A stretch of DNA of 64,000 bases, taken from Eledone cirrhosa (lineage: Eukaryota). Below, one piece after another: positions 44,990 to 57,640 of this stretch. The stretch lies in contig OZ024744.1 of assembly GCA_964016885.1 (NCBI GenBank), positions 119,102,001 through 119,166,000 on the forward strand, given 5' to 3'. Positions within the stretch are counted from its first letter, which is position 1. Every line of letters starts with the position of its first letter. Made by a program: the position numbers and the translations under genes. The notes beneath the pieces are model-generated. The model was given only the letters and a program-made list of their open reading frames with translations, was not told where the DNA came from and made no database searches.

Positions 44990-47900
44990 TAACATTATTA
45001 CTGTAACAACTGACTTGGTGTTACTTACATTATTACTGTAACAACTGACTTGGTGTTACTAACATTATTACTGTAACAACTGACTAATGTTTCCTACATT
45101 ATTACTGTAACAATTGACTTGGTGTTACTAACATTATTACTGTAACAACTGACTAATGTTACTAACATTATTACTGTAACAACTGACTTGGTGTTACTTA
45201 CATTATTACTGTAACAACTTACTTGGTGTTACTAACATTATTACTGTAACAACTGACTAATGTTACTAACATTATTACTGTAACAACTGACTTGGTGTTA
45301 CTAACATTATTACTGTAACAATTGACTTGGTGTTACTAACATTATTACTGTAACAATTGACTAATGTTACTAACATTATTACTGTAACAACTGACTTGGT
45401 GTTACTAACATTATTACTGTAACAACTGACTTGGTGTTACTAACATTATTAATGTAACAACTGGCTAATGTTACTAACATTATTACTGTAACAACTGACT
45501 TGGTGTTACTAACATTATTACTGTAACAACTGGCTAATGTTACTAACGTTATTACTGTAACAACTGACTAGGTGTTACTAACATTATTACTGTAACAACT
45601 GACTTGGTGTTACTAACATTATTACTGTAACAACTGACTAATGTTACTAACATTATTACTGTAACAACTGACTTGGCGTTACTAACATTATTACTGTAAC
45701 AAATGACTAATGTTACTAACATTATTACTGTAACAACTGACTAATGTTACTAACATTGTTACTGTAACAACTGACTAATGTTACTAACATTATTACTGTA
45801 ACAACTGACTTGGTGTTACTAACATTATTACTGTAACAACTGACTAATGTTACTACCATTATTACTGTAACAACTGACTAATGTTACTAACATTATTACT
45901 GTAACAACTGACTTGGTGTTACTAACATTATTATTGTAACTACTAACTAATGTTACTAACATTATTACTGTAACAACTGACTTGGTGTTACTAACATTAT
46001 TACTGTAAAAACTGACTTGGTGTTACTAACATTATTACTGTAACAACTGACTTGGTGTTACTAATATTATTACTGTAACAACTGACTTGGTGTTACTAAC
46101 ATTATTACTGTAACAACTGACTAAAGTTACTAACATTATTACTGTAACAACTGACTTGGTGTTACTAACATTATTACTGTAACAACTGACTTGGTGTTAC
46201 TAACATTATTACTGTAACAACTGACTAATGTTACTAACATTATTACTGTAACAACTCACTTGGTGTTACTAACATTATTACTGTAACAACTGACTTGGTG
46301 TTACTTACATTATTACTGTAACAACTGACTTGGTGTTACTAACATTATTACTGTAACAACTGACTAATGTTTCCTACATTATTACTGTAACAATTGACTT
46401 GGTGTTACTAACATTATTACTGTAACAACTGACTAATGTTACTAATATTATTACTGTAACAACTGACTTGGTGTTACTTACATTATTACTGTAACAACTG
46501 ACTTGGTGTTACTAACATTATTACTGTAACAACTGACTAATGTTTCCTACATTATTACTGTAACAATTGACTTGGTGTTACTAACATTATTACTGTAACA
46601 ACTGACTAATGTTACTAACATTATTACTGTAACAACTGACTAATGTTACTAACATTATTACTGTAACAACTGACTTGCTGTTACTAACATTATTACTGTA
46701 ACAACTGACTTGCTGTTACTAACATTATTACTGTAACAACTGACTTGCTGTTACTAACATTATTACTGTAACAATTGACTTGGTGTTACTGACATTATTA
46801 CTGTAACAACTGACTTGGTGTTACTAACATTATTACTGTAACAACTGACTAATGTTACTAACATTATTACTGTAACAACTGACTAATGTTACTAACATAA
46901 TTACTGTAACAACTGACTTGCTGTTACTAACATTATTACTGTAACAACTGACTTGCTGTTACTAACATTATTACTGTAACAATTGACTTGGTGTTACTAA
47001 CATTATTACTGTAACAACTGACTTGGTGTTACTAACATTATTACTGTAACAACTGACTAATGTTACTAACATTATTACTGTAACAACTGACTAATGTTAC
47101 TAACATTATTACTGTAACAACTGACTTGATGTTACCAACATTATTACTGTAACAACTGACTTGCTGTTACTAACATTATTACTGTAACAACTGACTTGGT
47201 GTTACTAACATTATTACTGTAACAACTGACTAATGTTACTAACATTATTACTGTAACAACTGACTAATGTTACTAACATTATTACTGTAACAACTGACTT
47301 GGTGTTACTAACATTATTACTGTAACAACTGACTTGGTGTTACTAACATTATTACTGTAACAACTGACTTGGTGTTACTAACATTATTACTGTAACAACT
47401 GACTTGGTGTTACTAACATTATTACTGTAACAACTGACTTGGTGTTACTAACATTATTACTGTAACAACTGACTTGGTGTTACTAACATTATTACTGTAA
47501 CAACTGACTAATGTTACTAACATTATTACTGTAACAACTGACTTGGTGTTACTAACATTATTACTGTAACAACTGACTTGGTGTTACTAACATTATTACT
47601 GTAACAACTGACTTGGTGTTACTAACATTATTACTGTAACAACTGACTTGGTGTTACTAACATTACTACTGTGACAACTGACTAATGTTACTAACATTAT
47701 TACTGTAACAACTGACTTGGTGTTACTAACATTATTACTGTGACAACTGACTAATGTTACTAACATTATTACTGTAACAACTGACTTGGTGTTACTAACA
47801 TTATTACTGTGACAACTGACTAATGTTACTAACATTATTACTGTAACAACTGACTTGGTGTTACTTACATTATTACTGTAACAACTGACTTGGTGTTACT

Positions 47901-50690
47901 AACATTATTACTGTAACAACTGACTAATGTTTCCTACATTATTACTGTAACAATTGACTTGGTGTTACTAACATTATTACTGTAACAACTGACTAATGTT
48001 ACTAACATTATTACTGTAACAACTGACTTGGTGTTACTTACATTATTACTGTAACAACTTACTTGGTGTTACTAACATTATTACTGTAACAACTGACTAA
48101 TGTTACTAACATTATTACTGTAACAACTGACTTGGTGTTACTAACATTATTACTGTAACAATTGACTTGGTGTTACTAACATTATTACTGTAACAATTGA
48201 CTAATGTTACTAACATTATTACTGTAACAACTGACTTGGTGTTACTAACATTATTACTGTAACAACTGACTTGGTGTTACTAACATTATTAATGTAACAA
48301 CTGGCTAATGTTACTAACATTATTACTGTAACAACTGACTTGGTGTTACTAACATTATTACTGTAACAACTGGCTAATGTTACTAACGTTATTACTGTAA
48401 CAACTGACTAGGTGTTACTAACATTATTACTGTAACAACTGACTTGGTGTTACTAACATTATTACTGTAACAACTGACTAATGTTACTAACATTATTACT
48501 GTAACAACTGACTTGGCGTTACTAACATTATTACTGTAACAAATGACTAATGTTACTAACATTATTACTGTAACAACTGACTAATGTTACTAACATTGTT
48601 ACTGTAACAACTGACTAATGTTACTAACATTATTACTGTAACAACTGACTTGGTGTTACTAACATTATTACTGTAACAACTGACTAATGTTACTACCATT
48701 ATTACTGTAACAACTGACTAATGTTACTAACATTATTACTGTAACAACTGACTTGGTGTTACTAACATTATTATTGTAACTACTAACTAATGTTACTAAC
48801 ATTATTACTGTAACAACTGACTTGGTGTTACTAACATTATTACTGTAAAAACTGACTTGGTGTTACTAACATTATTACTGTAACAACTGACTTGGTGTTA
48901 CTAATATTATTACTGTAACAACTGACTTGGTGTTACTAACATTATTACTGTAACAACTGACTAAAGTTACTAACATTATTACTGTAACAACTGACTTGGT
49001 GTTACTAACATTATTACTGTAACAACTGACTTGGTGTTACTAACATTATTACTGTAACAACTGACTAATGTTACTAACATTATTACTGTAACAACTCACT
49101 TGGTGTTACTAACATTATTACTGTAACAACTGACTTGGTGTTACTTACATTATTACTGTAACAACTGACTTGGTGTTACTAACATTATTACTGTAACAAC
49201 TGACTAATGTTTCCTACATTATTACTGTAACAATTGACTTGGTGTTACTAACATTATTACTGTAACAACTGACTAATGTTACTAATATTATTACTGTAAC
49301 AACTGACTTGGTGTTACTTACATTATTACTGTAACAACTGACTTGGTGTTACTAACATTATTACTGTAACAACTGACTAATGTTTCCTACATTATTACTG
49401 TAACAATTGACTTGGTGTTACTAACATTATTACTGTAACAACTGACTAATGTTACTAACATTATTACTGTAACAACTGACTAATGTTACTAACATTATTA
49501 CTGTAACAACTGACTTGCTGTTACTAACATTATTACTGTAACAACTGACTTGCTGTTACTAACATTATTACTGTAACAACTGACTTGCTGTTACTAACAT
49601 TATTACTGTAACAATTGACTTGGTGTTACTGACATTATTACTGTAACAACTGACTTGGTGTTACTAACATTATTACTGTAACAACTGACTAATGTTACTA
49701 ACATTATTACTGTAACAACTGACTAATGTTACTAACATAATTACTGTAACAACTGACTTGCTGTTACTAACATTATTACTGTAACAACTGACTTGCTGTT
49801 ACTAACATTATTACTGTAACAATTGACTTGGTGTTACTAACATTATTACTGTAACAACTGACTTGGTGTTACTAACATTATTACTGTAACAACTGACTAA
49901 TGTTACTAACATTATTACTGTAACAACTGACTAATGTTACTAACATTATTACTGTAACAACTGACTTGATGTTACCAACATTATTACTGTAACAACTGAC
50001 TTGCTGTTACTAACATTATTACTGTAACAACTGACTTGGTGTTACTAACATTATTACTGTAACAACTGACTAATGTTACTAACATTATTACTGTAACAAC
50101 TGACTAATGTTACTAACATTATTACTGTAACAACTGACTTGGTGTTACTAACATTATTACTGTAACAACTGACTTGGTGTTACTAACATTATTACTGTAA
50201 CAACTGACTTGGTGTTACTAACATTATTACTGTAACAACTGACTTGGTGTTACTAACATTATTACTGTAACAACTGACTTGGTGTTACTAACATTATTAC
50301 TGTAACAACTGACTTGGTGTTACTAACATTATTACTGTAACAACTGACTAATGTTACTAACATTATTACTGTAACAACTGACTTGGTGTTACTAACATTA
50401 TTACTGTAACAACTGACTTGGTGTTACTAACATTATTACTGTAACAACTGACTTGGTGTTACTAACATTATTACTGTAACAACTGACTTGGTGTTACTAA
50501 CATTACTACTGTGACAACTGACTAATGTTACTAACATTATTACTGTAACAACTGACTTGGTGTTACTAACATTATTACTGTGACAACTGACTAATGTTAC
50601 TAACATTATTACTGTAACAACTGACTTGGTGTTACTAACATTATTACTGTGACAACTGACTAATGTTACTAACATTATTACTGTAACAAC
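44990..50690. repeat. Higher-order tandem duplication, 2840 bp x2
   Basis: TTACTTACAT 45021/47861, GTAACAACTT 45211/48051, TGATGTTACC 47127/49967 and the ORF ends 47596/50436 are all offset by 2840. Confidence 0.88.
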
Positions 50691-50870
50691 TGACTTGGTG
50701 TTACTAACATTATTACTGTGACAACTGACTAATGTTACTAACATTATTACTGTAACAACTGACTTGGTGTTACTAACATTATTACTGTGACAACTGACTA
50801 ATGTTACTAACATTATTACTGTAACAACTGACTTGGTGTTACTAACATTATTACTGTGACAACTGACTAA
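50450..50870. repeat. Run of strict A/B dimers (69 bp, about 6 copies) tagged by a GTGACAAC variant
   Basis: Alternating TTGGTG and TAATG monomers with GTGAC at 50511, 50580, 50649, 50718, 50787 and 50856 (69-bp spacing). This run produces the 148-aa pseudo-ORF. Confidence 0.85.
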
Positions 50871-53800
50871 TGGTACTAACATTATTACTGTAACAACTGA
50901 CTTGGTGTTACTAACGTTATTACTGTAACAACTGACTTGGTGTTACTAACATTATTACTTTAACAACTGACTTGGTGTTACTAACATTATTACTGTAACA
51001 ACTGACTAATGTTACTAACATTATTACTGTAACAACTGACTAATGTTACTAACATTATTACTGTAGCAACTGACCTGGTGTTACTAACATTATTACTGTA
51101 ACAACTGACTAATGTTACTAACATTATTACTGTAACAACTGACTTGGTGTTACTAACATTATTACTGTAACAACTGACTTGGTGTTACTAACATTATTAC
51201 TGTAACAACTGACTTGGTGTTACTAACATTATTACTGTAACAACTTACTTGGTGTTACTAACATTATTACTGTAACAACTGACTAATGTTACTAACATTA
51301 TTACTGTAACAACTGACTTGGTGTTACTAACATTATTACTGTAACAATTGACTTGGTGTTACTAACATTATTGCTGTAACAATTGACTAATGTTACTAAC
51401 ATTATTACTGTAACAACTGACTTGGTGTTACTAACATTATTACTGTAACAACTGACTTGGTGTTACTAACATTATTAATGTAACAACTGGCTAATGTTAC
51501 TAACATTATTACTGTAACAACTGACTTGGTGTTACTAACATTATTACTGTAACAACTGGCTAATGTTACTAACGTTATTACTGTAACAACTGACTAGGTG
51601 TTACTAACATTATTACTGTAACAACTGACTTGGTGTTACTAACATTATTACTGTAACAACTGACTAATGTTACTAACATTATTACTGTAACAACTGACTT
51701 GGCGTTACTAACATTATTACTGTAACAAATGACTAATGTTACTAACATTATTACTGTAACAACTGACTAATGTTACTAACATTGTTACTGTAAAAACTGA
51801 CTAATGGTACTAACATTATTACTGTAACAACTGACTTGGTGTTACTAACATTATTACTGTAACAACTGACTTGGTGTTACTAACATTATCACTGTAACAA
51901 CTGACTAATGTTACTAACATTATTACTGTAACAACTGACTAATGTTACTAACATTATTACTGTAACAATTGACTTGGTGTTACTAACATTATTACTGTAA
52001 CAACTGACTTGGTGTTACTAACATTATTACTGTAACAACTGACTAATGGTACTAACATTATTACTGTAACAACTGACTAATGGTACTAACATTATTACTG
52101 TAACAACTGACTTGGTGTTACTAACGTTATTACTGTAACAACTGACTTGGTGTTACTAACATTATTACTGTGACAACTGACTAATGTTACTAACATTATT
52201 ACTGTAACAACTGACTTGGTGTTACTTACATTATTACTGTAACAACTGACTTGGTGTTACTAACATTATTACTGTAACAACTGACTTGGTGTTACTAACA
52301 TTATTACTGTAACAACGGACTTGGTGTTACTAACATTATTACTGTAATAATTGACTTGGTGTTACTAACATTATTACTGTAACAACTGACTTGGCGTTAC
52401 AAACATTATTACTGTAACAACTGACTTGGTGTTACTAACATTATTACTGTAACAACTGACTTGGTGTTACTAACATTATTGCTGTAACAACTGACTTGGT
52501 GTTACTAACATTATTACTGTAACAACTGACTTGGTGTTACTAACATTATTACTGTAACAACTGACTTGGTGTTACAAACATTATTACTGTAACAATTGAC
52601 TTGGTGTTACTAACATTATTACTGTAACAATTGACTAATGTTACTAACATTATTACTGTAACAACTGACTTGGTGTTACTAACATTATTACTGTAACAAC
52701 TGACTTGGTGTTACTAACATTATTAATGTAACAACTGGCTAATGTTACTAACATTATTACTGTAACAACTGACTTGGTGTTACTAACATTATTACTGTAA
52801 CAACTGGCTAATGTTACTAACGTTATTACTGTAACAACTGACTAGGTGTTACTAACATTATTACTGTAACAACTGACTTGGTGTTACTAACATTATTACT
52901 GTAACAACTGACTAATGTTACTAACATTATTACTGTAGCAACTGACTTGGCGTTACTAACATTATTACTGTAACAAATGACTAATGTTACTAACATTATT
53001 ACTGTAACAACTGACTAATGTTACTAACATTGTTACTGTAAAAACTGACTAATGGTACTAACATTATTACTGTAACAACTGACTTGGTGTTACTAACATT
53101 ATTACTGTAACAACTGACTTGGTGTTACTAACATTATCACTGTAACAACTGACTAATGTTACTAACATTATTACTGTAACAACTGACTAATGTTACTAAC
53201 ATTATTACTGTAACAATTGACTTGGTGTTACTAACATTATTACTGTAACAACTGACTTGGTGTTACTAACATTATTACTGTAACAACTGACTAATGGTAC
53301 TAACATTATTACTGTAACAACTGACTAATGGTACTAACATTATTACTGTAACAACTGACTTGGTGTTACTAACGTTATTACTGTAACAACTGACTTGGTG
53401 TTACTAACATTATTACTGTGACAACTGACTAATGTTACTAACATTATTACTGTAACAACTGACTTGGTGTTACTTACATTATTACTGTAACAACTGACTT
53501 GGTGTTACTAACATTATTACTGTAACAACTGACTTGGTGTTACTAACATTATTACTGTAACAACGGACTTGGTGTTACTAACATTATTACTGTAATAATT
53601 GACTTGGTGTTACTAACATTATTACTGTAACAACTGACTTGGCGTTACAAACATTATTACTGTAACAACTGACTTGGTGTTACTAACATTATTACTGTAA
53701 CAACTGACTTGGTGTTACTAACATTATTGCTGTAACAACTGACTTGGTGTTACTAACATTATTACTGTAACAACTGACTTGGTGTTACTAACATTATTAC

Positions 53801-54326
53801 TGTAACAACTGACTTGGTGTTACAAACATTATTACTGTAACAACTAACTAATGTTAATAACATTATTACTGTAACAACTGACTTGGTGTTACTTACATTA
53901 TTACTGTAACAACTGACTTGGTGTTACTAACATTATTACTGTAACAACTGACTTGGTGTTACTAACATTATTACTGTAACAACTGACTTGGTGTTACTAA
54001 CATTATTACTGTAACAACTGACTTGGTGTTACTAACATTATTACTGTAACAACTGACTTGGTGTTACTAACATTATTACTGTAACAACTGACTTGGTGTT
54101 ACAAACATTATTACTGTAACAACTAACTAATGGTACTAACATTATTACTGTAACAACTGACTTGGTGTTACTTACATTATTACTGTAACAACTGACTTGG
54201 TGTTACTAACATAATTACTGTAACAACTGACTTGGTGTTACTAACATTGTTACTGTAACAACTGACTTGGTGTTACTAACATTATTACTGTAACAACTGA
54301 CTTGGTGTTACTAACATTATTACTGT

Positions 54327-54337
54327 AGTTCAAATCC
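54327..54337 (+). promoter_or_regulatory. RNA Pol III B-box-like motif (also at 57531-57541 and 61050-61060); no native A-box
   Basis: AGTTCAAATCC fits the consensus RGTTCRANTCC. The upstream tRNA-like head containing the A-box is absent and replaced by satellite. Confidence 0.6.
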
Positions 54338-54436
54338 CGCCGAAGTTAACTTTGCCTTTCATCCTTATGGGGTCGATAAAATAAAGTACCAGTAATGTAC
54401 TGGATAATTGCTGGCCTTGTGCCAAAAGTAGAAACA
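54328..54436 (+). mobile_element. 5'-truncated tRNA-derived SINE fragment, copy 1 (109 bp)
   Basis: Non-satellite sequence GTTCAAATCCCGCC...GCCTTTCATCCTTATGGGGTCGATAAAATAAAGTACCAG...AATTGCTGGCCTTGTGCCAAAAGTAGAAACA. It has a B-box at the 5' end and ATTATTACTGTA on both sides (54316-54327, 54437-54448). The core and 3' end resemble, from memory, abundant Octopus SINEs with a MetaSINE-like central domain; this was not database-checked. Confidence 0.85.
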
Positions 54437-57400
54437 ATTATTACTGTAACAACTGACTAATGTTACTAACATTATTACTGTAACAACTGACTTGGTTTTA
54501 CTTACATTATTACTGTAACAACTGACTTGGCGTTACTAACATTATTACTGTAACAACTGACTAATGTTACTAACATTATTACTGTAACAACTGACTTGGT
54601 GTTACTAACATTATTACTGTAACAACTGACTAATGTTACTAACATTATTACTGTAACAACTGACTTGGTGTTACTAACATTATTACTGTAACAACTGACT
54701 TGGTGTTACTAACATTATTACTGTAAAAACTGACTAATGTTACTAACATTATTACTGTAACAACTGTCTTGGTGTTACTAACATTATTACTGTAACAAAT
54801 GACTAATGTTACTAACATTATTACTGTAACAACTGACTAATGTTACTAACATTATTACTGTAACAACTGACTAATGGTACTAACATTATTACTGTAACAA
54901 CTGACTTGGTGTTACTAACATTATTACTGTAGCAACTGACTTGGTGTTACTAACATTATTACTGTAACAACTGACTAATGTTACTAACATTATTACTGTA
55001 ACAATTGACTTGGTGTTACTAACATTATTACTGTAACAACTGACTTGGTGTTACTAACATTATTACTGTAACAACTGACTAATGGTACTAACATTATTAC
55101 TGTAACAACTGACTAATGGTACTAACATTATTACTGTAACAACTGACTTGGTGTTACTAACGTTATTACTGTAACAACTGACTTGGTGTTACTAACATTA
55201 TTACTGTGACAACTGACTAATGTTACTAACATTATTACTGTAACAACTGACTTGGTGTTACTAACATTATTACTGTTACAACTGACTATTGTTACTAACA
55301 TTATTACTGTAACAACTGACTTGGTGTTACTAACATTATTACTGTAACAACTGACTTGGTGTTACTAACATTATTACTGGAACAACTGACTTGGTGTTAC
55401 TAACATTATTACTGTGACAACTGACTAATGTTACTAAGATTATTACTGTAACAACTGACTTGGTGTTACTAACATTATTACTGTGACAACTGACTAATGT
55501 TACTAACATTATTACTGTAACAACTGACTCGGTGTTACTAACATTATTACTGGAACAACTGACTTGGTGTTACTAACATTATTACTGTAACAACTGACTA
55601 ATGTTACTAACATTATTACTGTAACAACTGACTAATGTTACTAACATTATTACTGTAACAACTGACTTGGTGTTACTAACATTATTACTGTGACAACTGA
55701 CTAATGTTACTAACATTATTACTGTAACAACTAACTAATGTTACTAACATTATTACTGTAACAACTGACTTGGTGTTACTAACATTATTACTGTAACAAC
55801 TGACTTGGCGTTACTAACATTATTACTGTGACAACTGACTAATGTTACTAACATTATTACTGTAACAACTGACTTGGTGTTACTAACATTATTACTGTAA
55901 CAACTGACTTGGTGTTACTAACATTATTAATGTAACAACTGGCTAATGTTACTAACATTATTACTGTAACAACTGACTTGGTGTTACTAACATTATTACT
56001 GTAACAACTGGCTAATGTTACTAACGTTATTACTGTAACAACTGACTAGGTGTTACTAACATTATTACTGTAACAACTGACTTGGTGTTACTAACATTAT
56101 TACTGTAACAACTGACTAATGTTACTAACATTATTACTGTAGCAACTGACTTGGCGTTACTAACATTATTACTGTAACAAATGACTAATGTTACTAACAT
56201 TATTACTGTAACAACTGACTAATGTTACTAACATTGTTACTGTAAAAACTGACTAATGGTACTAACATTATTACTGTAACAACTGACTTGGTGTTACTAA
56301 CATTATTACTGTAACAACTGACTTGGTGTTACTAACATTATCACTGTAACAACTGACTAATGTTACTAACATTATTACTGTAACAACTGACTAATGTTAC
56401 TAACATTATTACTGTAACAATTGACTTGGTGTTACTAACATTATTACTGTAACAACTGACTTGGTGTTACTAACATTATTACTGTAACAACTGACTAATG
56501 GTACTAACATTATTACTGTAACAACTGACTAATGGTACTAACATTATTACTGTAACAACTGACTTGGTGTTACTAACGTTATTACTGTAACAACTGACTT
56601 GGTGTTACTAACATTATTACTGTGACAACTGACTAATGTTACTAACATTATTACTGTAACAACTGACTTGGTGTTACTTACATTATTACTGTAACAACTG
56701 ACTTGGTGTTACTAACATTATTACTGTAACAACTGACTTGGTGTTACTAACATTATTACTGTAACAACGGACTTGGTGTTACTAACATTATTACTGTAAT
56801 AATTGACTTGGTGTTACTAACATTATTACTGTAACAACTGACTTGGCGTTACAAACATTATTACTGTAACAACTGACTTGGTGTTACTAACATTATTACT
56901 GTAACAACTGACTTGGTGTTACTAACATTATTGCTGTAACAACTGACTTGGTGTTACTAACATTATTACTGTAACAACTGACTTGGTGTTACTAACATTA
57001 TTACTGTAACAACTGACTTGGTGTTACAAACATTATTACTGTAACAACTAACTAATGTTAATAACATTATTACTGTAACAACTGACTTGGTGTTACTTAC
57101 ATTATTACTGTAACAACTGACTTGGTGTTACTAACATTATTACTGTAACAACTGACTTGGTGTTACTAACATTATTACTGTAACAACTGACTTGGTGTTA
57201 CTAACATTATTACTGTAACAACTGACTTGGTGTTACTAACATTATTACTGTAACAACTGACTTGGTGTTACTAACATTATTACTGTAACAACTGACTTGG
57301 TGTTACAAACATTATTACTGTAACAACTAACTAATGGTACTAACATTATTACTGTAACAACTGACTTGGTGTTACTTACATTATTACTGTAACAACTGAC

Positions 57401-57531
57401 TTGGTGTTACTAACATAATTACTGTAACAACTGACTTGGTGTTACTAACATTGTTACTGTAACAACTGACTTGGTGTTACTAACATTATTACTGTAACAA
57501 CTGACTTGGTGTTACTAACATTATTACTGTA

Positions 57532-57640
57532 GTTCAAATCCCGCCGAAGTTAACTTTGCCTTTCATCCTTATGGGGTCGATAAAATAAAGTACCAGTAAT
57601 GTACTGGATAATTGCTGGCCTTGTGCCAAAAGTAGAAACA
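57532..57640 (+). mobile_element. 5'-truncated tRNA-derived SINE fragment, copy 2
   Basis: Identical by eye to 54328-54436 with the same junctions and flanking monomer variants; 3204 bp downstream of copy 1. Confidence 0.85.

Larger units (their letters stand above)
54316..54448 (+). repeat. Apparent 12-bp target-site duplication ATTATTACTGTA flanking the insert
   Basis: ATTATTACTGTA at 54316-54327 and 54437-54448. Removing the insert and one copy restores a normal 35-bp monomer. In a tandem array a junction deletion could mimic this. Confidence 0.7.

Noticed and set aside
1547-50882. Ten minus-strand ORFs (67-148 aa) of repeated MLVTLVSCYSNNVSNTKSVVTVI
   Set aside because: They arise wherever A (35) and B (34) monomers alternate, because 69 bp equals 23 codons without a stop. 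They have no unique sequence, splice context or domain, and end as soon as the alternation breaks.
54328-54436. tRNA gene or tRNA pseudogene
   Set aside because: Only the T-loop/B-box motif is present. There is no D-arm, anticodon arm or acceptor stem, and the downstream sequence is SINE body.
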